Assembly: GCF_006345805.1 (NCBI RefSeq)
Contig: NC_042999.1
Location: 31,930,001 to 31,994,000, forward strand
Length of the DNA stretch: 64,000 nt
Direction of reading: 5' to 3'
Source: Octopus sinensis
Taxonomy: Eukaryota
Of the stretch, positions 1 through 11,195 are shown one piece after another. A program made the translations under genes and the position numbers. The notes beneath the pieces were generated by a model that was given only the letters and a program-made list of their open reading frames with translations, was not told where the DNA came from and ran no database searches. How positions within the stretch are numbered: the first letter of the stretch is position 1; every line of letters starts with the position of its first letter.

Positions 1-240
1 TTTGACTGCGGACATGTTGGAACACTGCTTTTTGTCGAACACATCGACCCCAGGACTTATTTTTTGCAAGCCTAGTACTTATTCTATCAGCTCTTTTGCC
101 GAACGGCTAAGGTACGGGGATGTAAACACATCAACATCGATTGTCAAGGGATGATGGGTGGACAATCAGAGACACACAAATATACACACACAGACACACG
201 CACACACACACGCACACACCCCAAACACCTACACATGGGT
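1..240 (-). mobile_element. SINE family A, 3' half, cut by window edge
   Basis: Matches the tail of the full copies at 2505-2942 and 8556-8985 (gaccccaggacttatt, gtacttattctatc, ttttgccgaac), followed by CA repeats. Confidence 0.75.
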
Positions 241-479
241 ACACAGATATATGTATGCATGCATTTTCTTGAAGCACAATAAAAAATAAATGTAAGAAGA
301 AATAAAACATGAATGAGAAAGCAAAACTAGAAAGTACTATTTGGAGTAGTTTCAAATATACAAGCACATTACAAATTAAAATAGCCATTATAAAGCAAAC
401 GTATGCCAGAAAACATATATATTGAATTTTTTTCATGTAGACATATTAGGAGTCTTTCTCCAAAACTCCGAAACTGCAG

Positions 480-2130
480 TAGCTGATAAGAAGTGCTGCC
501 GTCTCTTCGTCTCTATCCGTCATTATGACAGAACATTTTCTACTGGTATCATAGGGCTACCAGTGTTTCGTTCACTAGACCATGAAGCGCCTGAGTGAAG
601 TAGTAGGGACTAAATTAATCTTCGATGTGGCTGGGTTCACTATGGGGTGTTCTGTTAACCTCATCAATTCTAAGCTGGTTTCAGCTGCGAAGCTTATCCG
701 CTTCGTGCCTTACGTCAGATATCTTGAATCCACACCAATCCTCTGCTGGAACTACCGCACAAGTCTAAGTACAAATATGCAGCAACGTCTTTGATTGGGG
801 GTACATGGTAGTGTGATATAACTTACAAGTCGACAAAGGATTCCTGATATTTCCTTTTATTCAGCTGGGGGAGATTATCAATTCTCCTCTCTCAGGACAC
901 TTCCATTTGAAACATGAGTATGTTTCTGATTAAATTTTCTGGTGGGTGCAATATTACTGCTTCCTACTTTGTGATTCCGAATATACACCTACATCTCCCG
1001 TATGAGTTAGGATTCAAAAAAGAAACAGAGATCCTGGCTGTATTTTTCTCCTGCGAAAAATTGATATTGTGCATTAGAAAACTGATTCCCTTGAGCGAGG
1101 ATGGCAGTTCTTTGTTGGCCTTGAATATATAGCTCTGTCTATTTGCCGACTTCTGTAATGACCTTGTCTTTTCACAACAACTATGAGTTTTCTAGCAGCC
1201 TACAGCATCAGATCAAAACGTGATTCAGCTGGTAAAGAGATCCTCTACACAATTAGTAGTGTGGGTCATCATCTTTGCCTCGAATTGTAAGGCTCCTTAA
1301 GGGAATCAGAGATCAACTCTTCAGACTTTCCTAATGGGCAGTGGGAGATTGAATGCTTGCCGAACTCCGCTGTTGAATCGCCGATCATTTGTACTATGCG
1401 CTCTCTCTCCTTCCCGCTTCCACCTCCCATCTCTCTCTCTCTCTCTTTCTGTCTTGCTTTTAGATTTTATGATTTTCCTCTCTTAGCGCTGCTGTCCCTA
1501 AATTCTAGTGGCCTTTAACAGAATACCAGTTTTAGTATTTTTTCTTCTCGTTTAACAGATTCCTAGAGTTTCTATATTCTGCTTCAGTGAATGGATTTGC
1601 TGGCATATGTTACATCCTCATCCTCAAATAGTAGCATTGCGCTGCTTCCTTTTTCATATGTAGCCTTGAATTTAAAAACCACTGATGGAGTTGGTAGACA
1701 GCGAAGAACTGATTTGCTGTGGTGACTGAGCTGAATGTTGTGTGAGAGAGCAGCTCTCTTCGAGCGCGTTTACATCATTACTTCTCCATTTCCTTCCTCA
1801 GTATTTTTGCAACTTCCTAATCTGATAAATATCACTACAGTCTGTTTGTAAAAGCACCATACCTTGAAAATTTCACGGGGCTGCCTCCTATAAAATACCC
1901 CCAGTATCGCCCTACTCTTTAGGTAGAGACGGGTGTTGTGTTTGCCCTGGTCGATAAAGGTGCAGTCGTAATTCTTCTTAAGAAATCGAACTCCTTCTTT
2001 AATTATTGACATAAGAGATCCCTGGGTTCTGGATTTCCGTCATCAGCCTTCCGTTCAGGCAACTCAGTAACAGACATTTTGTTTGTATGAATTCCATACA
2101 CGACCAAGATGTCGTGTCGAGCGAGCTCAT
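480..2130 (-). pseudogene. Very degraded RTE-like reverse transcriptase relic
   Basis: Minus-strand frames give CTFIDQGK (resembles the FIDFxKAF motif, ~1960) and FNSGVRQA (resembles GVRQG, ~1365); many stops and frameshifts. Confidence 0.3.
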
Positions 2131-2131
2131 A

Positions 2132-2461
2132 TCTTCTTCTTCTTCTTACAGCATTCACCCGGGGGTGGGTTGAGCTGGCTTTATTTATCCTCAATGTTGC
2201 ATCTCTCACAAACGCCGACCAGGCCTGGCGATTTGAGGCTAACGACCGCGTGATCTCCAACCACTCCTTATTCCAGCGGAGAACGCCGTAGAAATGGGGG
2301 CCTAGGTTGGGTTCCAGATCAGCCTTAACCGTCATCAGCCAGGTTTTTCGTTGTCCACGACGACGCTTTTGCCAACCCTGAAGGGGAGCTGGGGCAATTG
2401 CCTCGTAGATGAATTCTCCTGGTTGACGACGGAGAGCATGACCCAGCAAACGCAAACGGCA
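2132..2461 (-). mobile_element. 5'-truncated RTE-clade LINE 3' end with (AGA)n tail
   Basis: RLRLLGHALRR..GWQKRRRGQRKTWLMTVKADLEP..LASNRQAWSAFVRD is the typical RTE ORF2 C-terminus; it ends in an (AAG)5 tail at 2132-2147. Confidence 0.8.
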
Positions 2462-2504
2462 CTTACTTAGTGGAGTAATGAATAATTAACAAACTAAGTT
2501 ATCA

Positions 2505-2718
2505 CTCTCTTTTACTCTTTTACTTATTTCAGTCATTTGACTGCGGCTATGCTGGAGCACCACCTATAACCGAGCAACTCGACCCCAGGACTTATTCTGT
2601 TGTAAGCCCAGTACTTATTCTAGCGGTCTCTTTTGCCGAACCGCTAAGTAACGGGGACATAAACATACCAGCATCGGTTGTCAAGCAATGCTAGGGAGAC
2701 AAACACAGACACACAAAA

Positions 2719-2778
<60 letters not shown>

Positions 2779-2942
2779 GACGGGCTTCTTTTAGTTTCCA
2801 TCTACCAAATCCACTCACAAGGCTTCGGTCGGCCCGAGGCTATAGTAGAACACACTTGCCCAAGGTGCCACGCAGTGGGACTGAACACGGAACCATGTGG
2901 TTGGTAAGCAAGCTACTTACCACACAGCTACTCCAGCGCCTA
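2505..2942 (-). mobile_element. SINE family A, full length (tRNA-derived head, internal TA/TG microsatellite, AAAGAGT tail)
   Basis: Near reverse complement of 8556-8985; head ggagtagctgtgtggtaagtagc, B-box-like gttcagtccc, central gcaccttgggcaagtg. Confidence 0.9.
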
Positions 2943-4560
2943 TATAGTTTTCTGACTGTATATAGTTTTTCTGACTGTAATGGTTACTGGTTTGACATTT
3001 ATCACTCCTCCGAGTTAGTAGCATGCCGAAAATGTCAGAATTCATTTGCTTTTAAGTAATTCATTGCGATGTGTTACGGTTTATGTTTAGAATTAAGCAA
3101 ATCCCGGATTCATGTTCCACACATATTCTGGAAATTTGCTTGTTAAATCGGTTCCCGCATGGAATAGAGTAAAAATATATATGTGATATAATGCCTTTGG
3201 AGGACTCGGATTATGAAACTGAAATAATTATTTAACGCATTATCTTTAAAACACGGCTTACATATTGAATTCGATAGGAACGTATCAGTATGTATGCTGA
3301 TTAGACATTTTGTAAAATCCCATTGGTAGAGGGGATACAAGCATAATCAGAACGCTTATTCTTAAAGAGTGTATAGCAGTAAAATTTATATTGTATGTCT
3401 TTGTTTTCTCTCTGGTTCTCTGACAGTCTTTTGTTCTGATCGGGACAATAAAATACACATATATGTTATGTAGTTACCACTTCCTTGATTTAAATATCAC
3501 ACAATCAATAAACGTAAGTGCTTGCGAATACGTGTGAATATTTATGTGTGCATGCGTGTGTGTCTGTGTATGTGTATATTCATACAAATTCTCGTCGGTG
3601 TATATGTGTATATTTATATATACACATATATGTGTGTATATGTGTACATGTATGTGAATGCATATGTATATATATATACGTATATAAGGGGAACAATCGA
3701 GAGAAAGAGAGAAATGCTAGTGATGACTATTAAGAATTAAAAATCTATATTATCTGACAAGATTTATTTTTATTTCCTTCACTGTCGACAAGAACTCAAA
3801 TAGCTATTCTTTCACATTCTCACTCTTATGATGTTCCCTCAGTCTCACCCCCTTTTTCTTTGCCTCACTTACTCTATCGGTTCTCTTCTATGAAGCACTA
3901 TCACAGTATTTTATTTATCTTTGTTATTTTGCTTGTCAGAGATTCTTTCACTTGAAGACGTCATCGAAACAATTACAAATGTCGCAATAAATTTAAGGAA
4001 CTATGATTCATGTGGCTTAATAGATAGAGAGACTGCTAGTACGGGTGATATATCTTTATTTACTTGATACATTGTCTCGTGATCAATTATTTTTAACGAC
4101 TCCATTATCAGTATACCTCTCTGAGTTTAAACACTTGTGAAATATTCCTTAGTGTTGTACTCCAGAGAATTAACAATATCATATTTCAAATTGCATCTAT
4201 CTATAACTTAAAGGGCGTCTCTGAATATCATTAACATAGTGTTAATTTTTTTGAAATGTATTGGCAAAATAAAGATAAAATAAAATGCATGATAAGAAAA
4301 ATTGAAGAAAATAAAATTCACACCTTCCTTTTCGATAACAGATTTATCTTCCGATAAGCGTCTTTTCTGAATTAGAGAACGTTTCATTTATCGTCCATTT
4401 GTTTGGAAATTACTTGTGAACACAAATATGTTAAATATACAACGATAATGTCAATTTATACAAACGGTGTATTCATTTTTCATTCGACAAAAATACAGTA
4501 ATTAAGATTTATATTAATGACAATTGTTTTTGTCATTTACCTCCATATATTTTATTATCC

Positions 4561-4698
4561 TTGTTGTCGTCGTCGTCACCGTCGTTGTCTTTGTCTTAGT
4601 GTCAACCTTGTCATTATCAGCATTATCGTCGTCATCGTCGTCTTCATCATCGTCGTGGACGTCGTCGTCGTCATCATCATCATCATCATCATCATCAT
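4561..4698. repeat. Compound (GTC)n/(ATC)n microsatellite
   Basis: Directly visible; explains the spurious poly-V/I/S ORFs. Confidence 0.9.
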
Positions 4699-4984
4699 GT
4701 TTTTTCGTCCAAGTGATATATTTTTGACACTACTCCTATATCATTCAATATTCGATAGTGCCCGCTCAACCTTGTAGAGCATTTGACAAACAACAAAGTT
4801 CGGTTCTCTCTGGCATGGAATAACTAAATGCTGAATACTGCTCTCTTCGACTCTTCTCTTCTCTCACTCTGTCTCTCTCCTCTTTTCTCTCTGTCACTCT
4901 CTATCTATACATATATCTGTGCTCGTATGTGTGTGTGTACGTGTGTGCGAGGCAGGGAGAGAGAAAAAGAGAGAGAGTACAGTG

Positions 4985-5186
4985 TAGTGGTTAGGGTTTT
5001 GCACTCATGATCGAAGAATCAGGATTTACGTTCTGAGTTCAAATTTCGCCGAGGTCGACTTTACCTTTCATCCTTCGGGATCGATAAAATAAGAAACAGT
5101 TACGCACTGGGGAAGCTGCAATCGACTATATCCCTTTGTTTGTCCCCTCTGTGTTTAGCCCCTTTGTGGGCAATAAAGAAATAAAT
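4985..5186 (+). mobile_element. SINE family B copy
   Basis: gttctgagttcaaatttcgccgaggtcgacttt..cctttcatcc..gataaa motif shared with 6103-6670 and 17098-17317. Confidence 0.7.
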
Positions 5187-6102
5187 ATTCTTACGACCTG
5201 GAGATTTACAGCCATTCTCTTGTCGGGAATCTTCCGCAAACAAACTACAAGCCTTACGTTAGCCTTCTAACGCTGCCATTTACTGACGCTTGACAACATC
5301 CTTAAATTGCAGGTAAAGATTACAAATGTTACGCATATCGAGATTATATCCTAACACCTGAATCTCCTTCTGCCAAGGTAGGGTAAACCACTTCATAAAA
5401 CTGACTTTCCTTGCTATGCCACTTCTCGCTATCTACAAATTTGCACAATATAACTCCTTAAAGCTATAAATTTCATACACACACGCATATACATATTTAT
5501 ACATATATCATTCTATAAATATAAGTACTTTATAAAACGTAAAATTAGCGGAGACATGTAGCATTGAATAGTTTCCATACAGTATGAGTAAATGGGGAAA
5601 AAATGACATCTTTCCACAATTTAAATGAGATTTTCTAATGGAAATAATTATTCATGAAATCGAAGTTTGCTTCATTACTTCCGCATGTTTCCTAAGCAAT
5701 TCTAAAAGCAGTAATTTTCGAAATTGTAGGAGAAGCAGAACAGGAAATGCACACTACAGAAAAGCTTTATTGAATAAGAGAAATTTAAAAATGCTTATGC
5801 CGTAGAAAATATTCTAAATCTTGTTAGCGGCGGAACGAAAAATATGATACCGTCATATACATAATTTTGTGTGAACCTTACTTAACCTTTATATATATAT
5901 AAGTGCGAATTTGTAATGTAAATAAACATACGCATCGTTGCTATTTCTAAGGCAATGCTACATGGAATGAGGCATGATTAATGTGAATCTATGAGGTTCG
6001 AGATTCATAAATGAAGAGAAGCCTAACTAAATAGTATATTATGGTCACTTCGCTATGGCAGCCACCACTTCGTTTTCCAAAACTTCACATATTTTCTGCT
6101 GT

Positions 6103-6670
6103 AGGCCCTAAATTTGGGGCGGGGAGAGAGCCAGTCGATTAGATCGACCTCAGTACGCATCTGGTACTTAAATTATCGACCCCGAATGGATGAAAGGCAA
6201 AGTGGACCTCGGCGGAATTTGAACTCAGAACATAACGACAGACGGAATACCAATTTCTTTACTACCCACAACGGGTTAAACACAGAGGGAACAAACAAGG
6301 ACAGACACACGGATTAAGTCGGTTACATCGACCCCAGTGCGTAACTGGTACTTATTTAATCGACCCCGAAAGGAAGAAAGGCAAAGTCGACATCGGCGGA
6401 ATTTGAACTCAGAACGTAGCGGCAGACGACATACCTATTTATTTATTTATTACCCACAAGGGGCTAAACACAGAGAGGACAAACAAGGGCAGACATACGG
6501 ATTAAGTAGATTATATCGACTCCACTGCATAACTGATACTTATTTAATCGACCCCGAAAGGATGAAAGGCAAAGTCGACCTCGGCGAAATTTGAACTCAG
6601 AACATAACGGCAGACGAAATACCGCAAATAATTTCGCCCGGCGTGCTAACGTTTCTGCCAGCTCGCTGCC
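6103..6670 (-). mobile_element. Head-to-tail trimer of SINE family B
   Basis: Three ~185-bp units each containing gaaaggcaaagt(c/g)gac..tcggcg(g/a)aatttgaactcagaac; only the unit at 6436-6670 has the full head. Confidence 0.9.
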
Positions 6671-7436
6671 TACACATATTAATATATTAAGCAATGGATA
6701 GATGTAACACTAGTGTTTTCAAATACATAACATTGCTAATTTCGCGGTATCAATCATGACGCTTGCATCATTAATTCACAGGCAAAGCAATGAAATAGTA
6801 ATTTATTTCCTATGTCATCTTATAAAGATTTGTATTTGAGATCAATTAAAAGGTTAATTTACTAAACCTATCAAATGATCCATGTTAAACCGAAATGCTA
6901 GACAGAATTTGATTCACTTTGAAAAAAATGAAGTATGTTGAAAACGTCAAGATAAACTAAAGCAATCGTTTATTATCTCCTAAACTAAAGTCCCCTACGT
7001 GAATTATTAGTTTACCACTTCAGCGCCGAAAACGTAGTCTTTGTATTGACTCTCTACAAATAAATCGTCATTCCTATATCTATATTTAATGACGAGCATT
7101 GCAACTGGAAATCCATCGTTTACAACAGGAAAGTCTCCAGTTGATCCGATCACCGGAACATCCCGCTCGCGATATCAACGTAAATATGGCTGAGCACTTG
7201 ACAAACATGTATATCCTTAACGTAATTATCAGGGAGATTCAGAATGATGCAGAATGTGACAAGGCTAGCTCTTTGAAATAAAGTTACAACTCATTTATGC
7301 CAGCTGCGTGGATGGAGTAACCTGAAATAAAGTGTCGTGATCCGGCATATGCAGCTGGGTTTCGAACTCACACCTTACAATCGTAACCTAAACACTTGGT
7401 TACACGCTTTTACAATGTACCTCTAAATTAAAAGAA

Positions 7437-7738
7437 AAGTCACCCTTTTCAAGCCTAGCCAGGCTCATGGGCCCGGTTTGCCGGTTTCTGTAGTGTATGT
7501 GTTTCCCCCAGCTGGACGCCAGTCCATCGCAGCGTTACTCAAGAAACAGGAAAGGAGAGTGAGGGGAAATTGTGGCGAAAGAGTACAACAGGGGTCACCA
7601 GCACGACTGCAGGAGCCTCGTGGAGCCTTTAGGTGTTTTCGCTCAATAAATACACACACAACGCCCGGTCTGGGAATCGAAACCGTGATCCTCCGACCGC
7701 GAGTCTGCTGCCTAACCACTGGGCCATTGCGTCTCCAC
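7437..7738 (-). mobile_element. SINE family C (tRNA-derived head)
   Basis: Head gtggagacgcaatggcccagtggttagg..ggtttcgattcccagaccggg with A/B-box-like motifs; homologous to 19178-19489 and 29047-29212. Confidence 0.85.
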
Positions 7739-8555
7739 GTACTTCTAAATATGAAGACAATATTTGTCTTACACGTTGATGTATAGAAGTAAATTCTAGT
7801 AGTCAAAACATGTAAATCCATACATGTAAATTCAAAGGATTTAACAACTAAATGTATTTTCTTTTGTTGATGATGGCTAAACGTAAATGTCCTAAAGAGT
7901 AACACTTAAAACTATCAGATCTCCTTTCAATAAATTTCAATGGATGCAAATGGAAAATGCTGTCATAATCGTCAGAGATTTATGCGTGTATGAATGACGT
8001 AGTTGGTTTTTATCGATAATATGAGCAGCTTGCACCATTTTTATTCTCGGAGATACTATATTCTTTGCATGTAGGTATCTAGAAGTATTAAATTTACATC
8101 ACACTCGTTGTCATCTGTTTTAATATTTAGCCTTAATGTACTTTTACCTTCATCCATATCTGTAAAAGTGTTCGTAATATAATATATTTATTCAAGGTTT
8201 TATATAATGCATTATAGTGTATTAGCATTAAAATAAATATTCATCTCGAACTAGATTACGGTTCGATAGAGATCATTTCAAAACATGGACCTTTTCCGAA
8301 ATTATAATTATAACCACATGTAAAATTGGTGCTCTGATGGAGTTTATATATCGAAAGGAGTAATAAAATTATATTTGTTTATTTACATTTTTTTGACTTT
8401 GTATTTTTGATTCGATACAACTGAAACATTCTTGATTGTAATCCACTCAAAATTGATTTTCTTTTCAGTTTACACGTATAGTAAATATGTTGTTTTTGGA
8501 TTTTAGGTGAGATCAGAATGTACGTCCTGGAATAATATAATTTTGTGCTGTAGAT

Positions 8556-8985
8556 AGGCACAGGAGTGGCTGTGTGGTAAGTAGCTTGCTTACCAACCAC
8601 ATGGTTCCGGGTTCAGTCCCACTGCGTGGCACCTTGGGCAAGTGAATTCTACCATAAGCCTCGGGCCGACCAAAGCCTTGTGAGTAGATTTGGTAGAGGA
8701 AACTGAAAGAATCCCGTCGTATATATGTATATATATATATATATGTGTATGTGTGTGTGTGCGTGTGTGTTTGTGTGTCTGTGTTTGTCCCCCTAGCATT
8801 GCTTGACAACCGATGCAGGTATGTTTATGTCGCCGTCACTTAGCGGTTCGGCAAAAGAGACCGATAGAATAAGTACTGGGCTTACAAAGAATAAGTCCCG
8901 GGGTCGAGTTGCTCGACTAAAGGCAGTGCTCCAGCATGGCCGCAGTCAAATGACTGAAACAAGTAAAAGAGTAAAAGAGTAAGAG
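8556..8985 (+). mobile_element. SINE family A, full length
   Basis: Head ggagtggctgtgtggtaagtagcttgcttacc, internal (TA)n(TG)n, tail aagtaaaagagtaaaagagt. Confidence 0.92.
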
Positions 8986-9701
8986 ATTCAAAGTTGGAGT
9001 ACACCACATATTGCTAGAACATGTCTGTGCATTGACGAGTTTATAGAGCTCCTACATATATGTAATGATAACCAATATTGGCAGACAGTACTAATAAAAT
9101 GTATGTGTTACATTTGCGTTTTGTTTCTAACATAACATACAGATTTATATCTCGCATATTAGGTGAAATTATGCGCCAGTACTAATATCATGTGTCTCTG
9201 TATTTGTAACCTCATCATGACAAGGTATGTGAAAATAGTAGGTTCTAAATGAGAACATTGATGAGGCTACTTTGAAATAATATATCATCAGAACCAATAA
9301 CTTTTGATTCAATAATGAAGGTATATATTTGCTATGATATCTGTATCTTACCTAACTGGGCTAATGCTATAAAAGAAATATATTTGTTTTCGATGCTAAT
9401 CGGTTTGAATCATTAGATGCTCACAGAGGAATTCTTGTTAAATTGCACGTGGCATACATTGCACTTACGAAATTTGATACAATTGGAAAACAATTTATTC
9501 AGTTTCTCGAGGCAGTATTCTTAGGAAGGTTGTGGAATTAGAGCCCCCTAGGGTTTTATTAGAAGCACCTGTGTTTCGACTTTCTGGCTGTATTTGCAAG
9601 TACAACCAACTGAGACTATGGGTATTACACAACCCACTCGCTTCTGGCCTACCATTGGCTGGGCACCAATAATATGTTTCATAAATTGCTCTAAGTATAT
9701 A

Positions 9702-10910
9702 CAGGGGTTGGAAAATATAATGGAAATACCTAGCATCATAGCACCATAATTCTGAAATATCTATAAAACCGTCAAAAGCTTGTTTATTTTTTAAATTTTT
9801 TTTTATTATTAGTGTTGCTTAATGTTTGGCTAAAATTGCTGTTTCTTTTCAGATATCATCATCAAAGTTTATTAAAATTCATTATGGCAGGCGCTAGCGT
9901 AAAAGAAACAGCCGAAATGTTTGGAGTATCTGACGAGAAAGTACTGACACGAAAGTAATGACCACCTCTGAGAAACAGAGAAAAACCATCTCATCGAAAA
10001 AAACTCTGGAAGAAAACCCAAATTTCCAGATAGGGATCGTCGAATTCTTAGAAAACATAACAAAACAGCCCCCAAAATAATTACGAGCTTAATGGCCACC
10101 TCGTGAAACCGGTTTCCATAGAAGCAGTTCACCGGGAGCTGCACGAAATCGGATTTCAAGGGAGGGCTTCTATCCGAAAACCACTACTTTCAAAAACAAA
10201 CGTTGCAAAGCGCTTAGAGTGGAGTAAAAACCAACATAATTGGTCCCTAAAGCAGTGGAGGAATGTTATTTTCTCGGACGATACCTCCTTCACCCTATAT
10301 CATACCACCGACCGAGTATGCGTGTGGAGACAGCCAAAAGAAGCATTTAATCAAAACTCCCCTCTTCCAACTGTTAAACATAGATGAGGATCTGTGATGA
10401 TCCAGTGGGCTATATATTGGACATCCGCCGACCCAATAGCTTTCCTTTATGGCAGAATTAATGGTCAAGACTAGTTTAGCATTTTATCTGATTAAATTCA
10501 GCCTACGGCTGCAGAATTGTTTCCAGATGGAAACGCAATATTTCAGGATGTTAATGCACCAATTCACACAGCTAAAGTTGTTAATGAATTTCACGATGAA
10601 CATTCTAGTGAAGTTGAACATCTTATCTGCCCACAACAGTCCCCAGATCTCAATATTATTGAACATTTATGATGCATTTTAGAAAAATATGTAAGGAAAC
10701 CTTATCCACCACCATCATCACTACAAGTACAACAGGAGATTGTTTTACCTGATAAATGGACAAAAAATCCTTTGGAAACAATTCAAAGTTTGTACGAGTC
10801 CATACCTTGTAGAATTCAAGCTGTAATTACAGCCAAAATTTGTCCTAAAACATATTAACATTGATTTGTTTGAAATTTTAAGGTTTTTCCATTATTTTGT
10901 CCAACCCTCG
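9702..10910 (+). mobile_element. Tc1-family DNA transposon, defective
   Basis: Imperfect ~30-bp TIRs (9702-9731 caggggttggaaaatataatggaaatacct; 10881-10910 reverse complement), TA at the left end, transposase relic inside. Confidence 0.9.
10103..10858 (+). pseudogene. Tc1 DD34E transposase, interrupted by stops
   Basis: RKPLLS, WRNVIFSDDTSF, IFQDVNAPIH and SPDLNIIEHL motifs. Confidence 0.87.
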
Positions 10911-10970
10911 CAAATATGATTTTTGTGAATAGCTTTTGGTAAATTCCGAGTTCGATTCCGGGCAAGGACA

Positions 10971-10975
<5 letters not shown>

Positions 10976-11055
<80 letters not shown>

Positions 11056-11195
11056 TAACAACAACAACAACAACAGCAACAATATCAAAAAATACCTCAG
11101 GAATGAGAACCCAGGTTCGAAATTTCCCCAAGAAACCTGATAAATCCTGGAGGGTATACCAGCCGAAACGGGTATACCAACAAGATGGGACAAAT
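10976..11195 (+). mobile_element. (AAT)n/(AAC)n array followed by a possible PLE-derived fragment with a decayed HHR-like motif
   Basis: CTGATAA (11137-11143) ..CTG-loop-CAG.. GAAAC (11165-11169); stems I and III are poor. Confidence 0.35.

Noticed and set aside
6103-6670. CRISPR-like repeat-spacer array
   Set aside because: Eukaryotic context, whole ~185-bp units are homologous, and there are no cas genes.
7680-7738. tRNA genes at SINE heads (also 8556, 27529, 29047)
   Set aside because: The cloverleaf is incomplete and each head continues into SINE core and tail.
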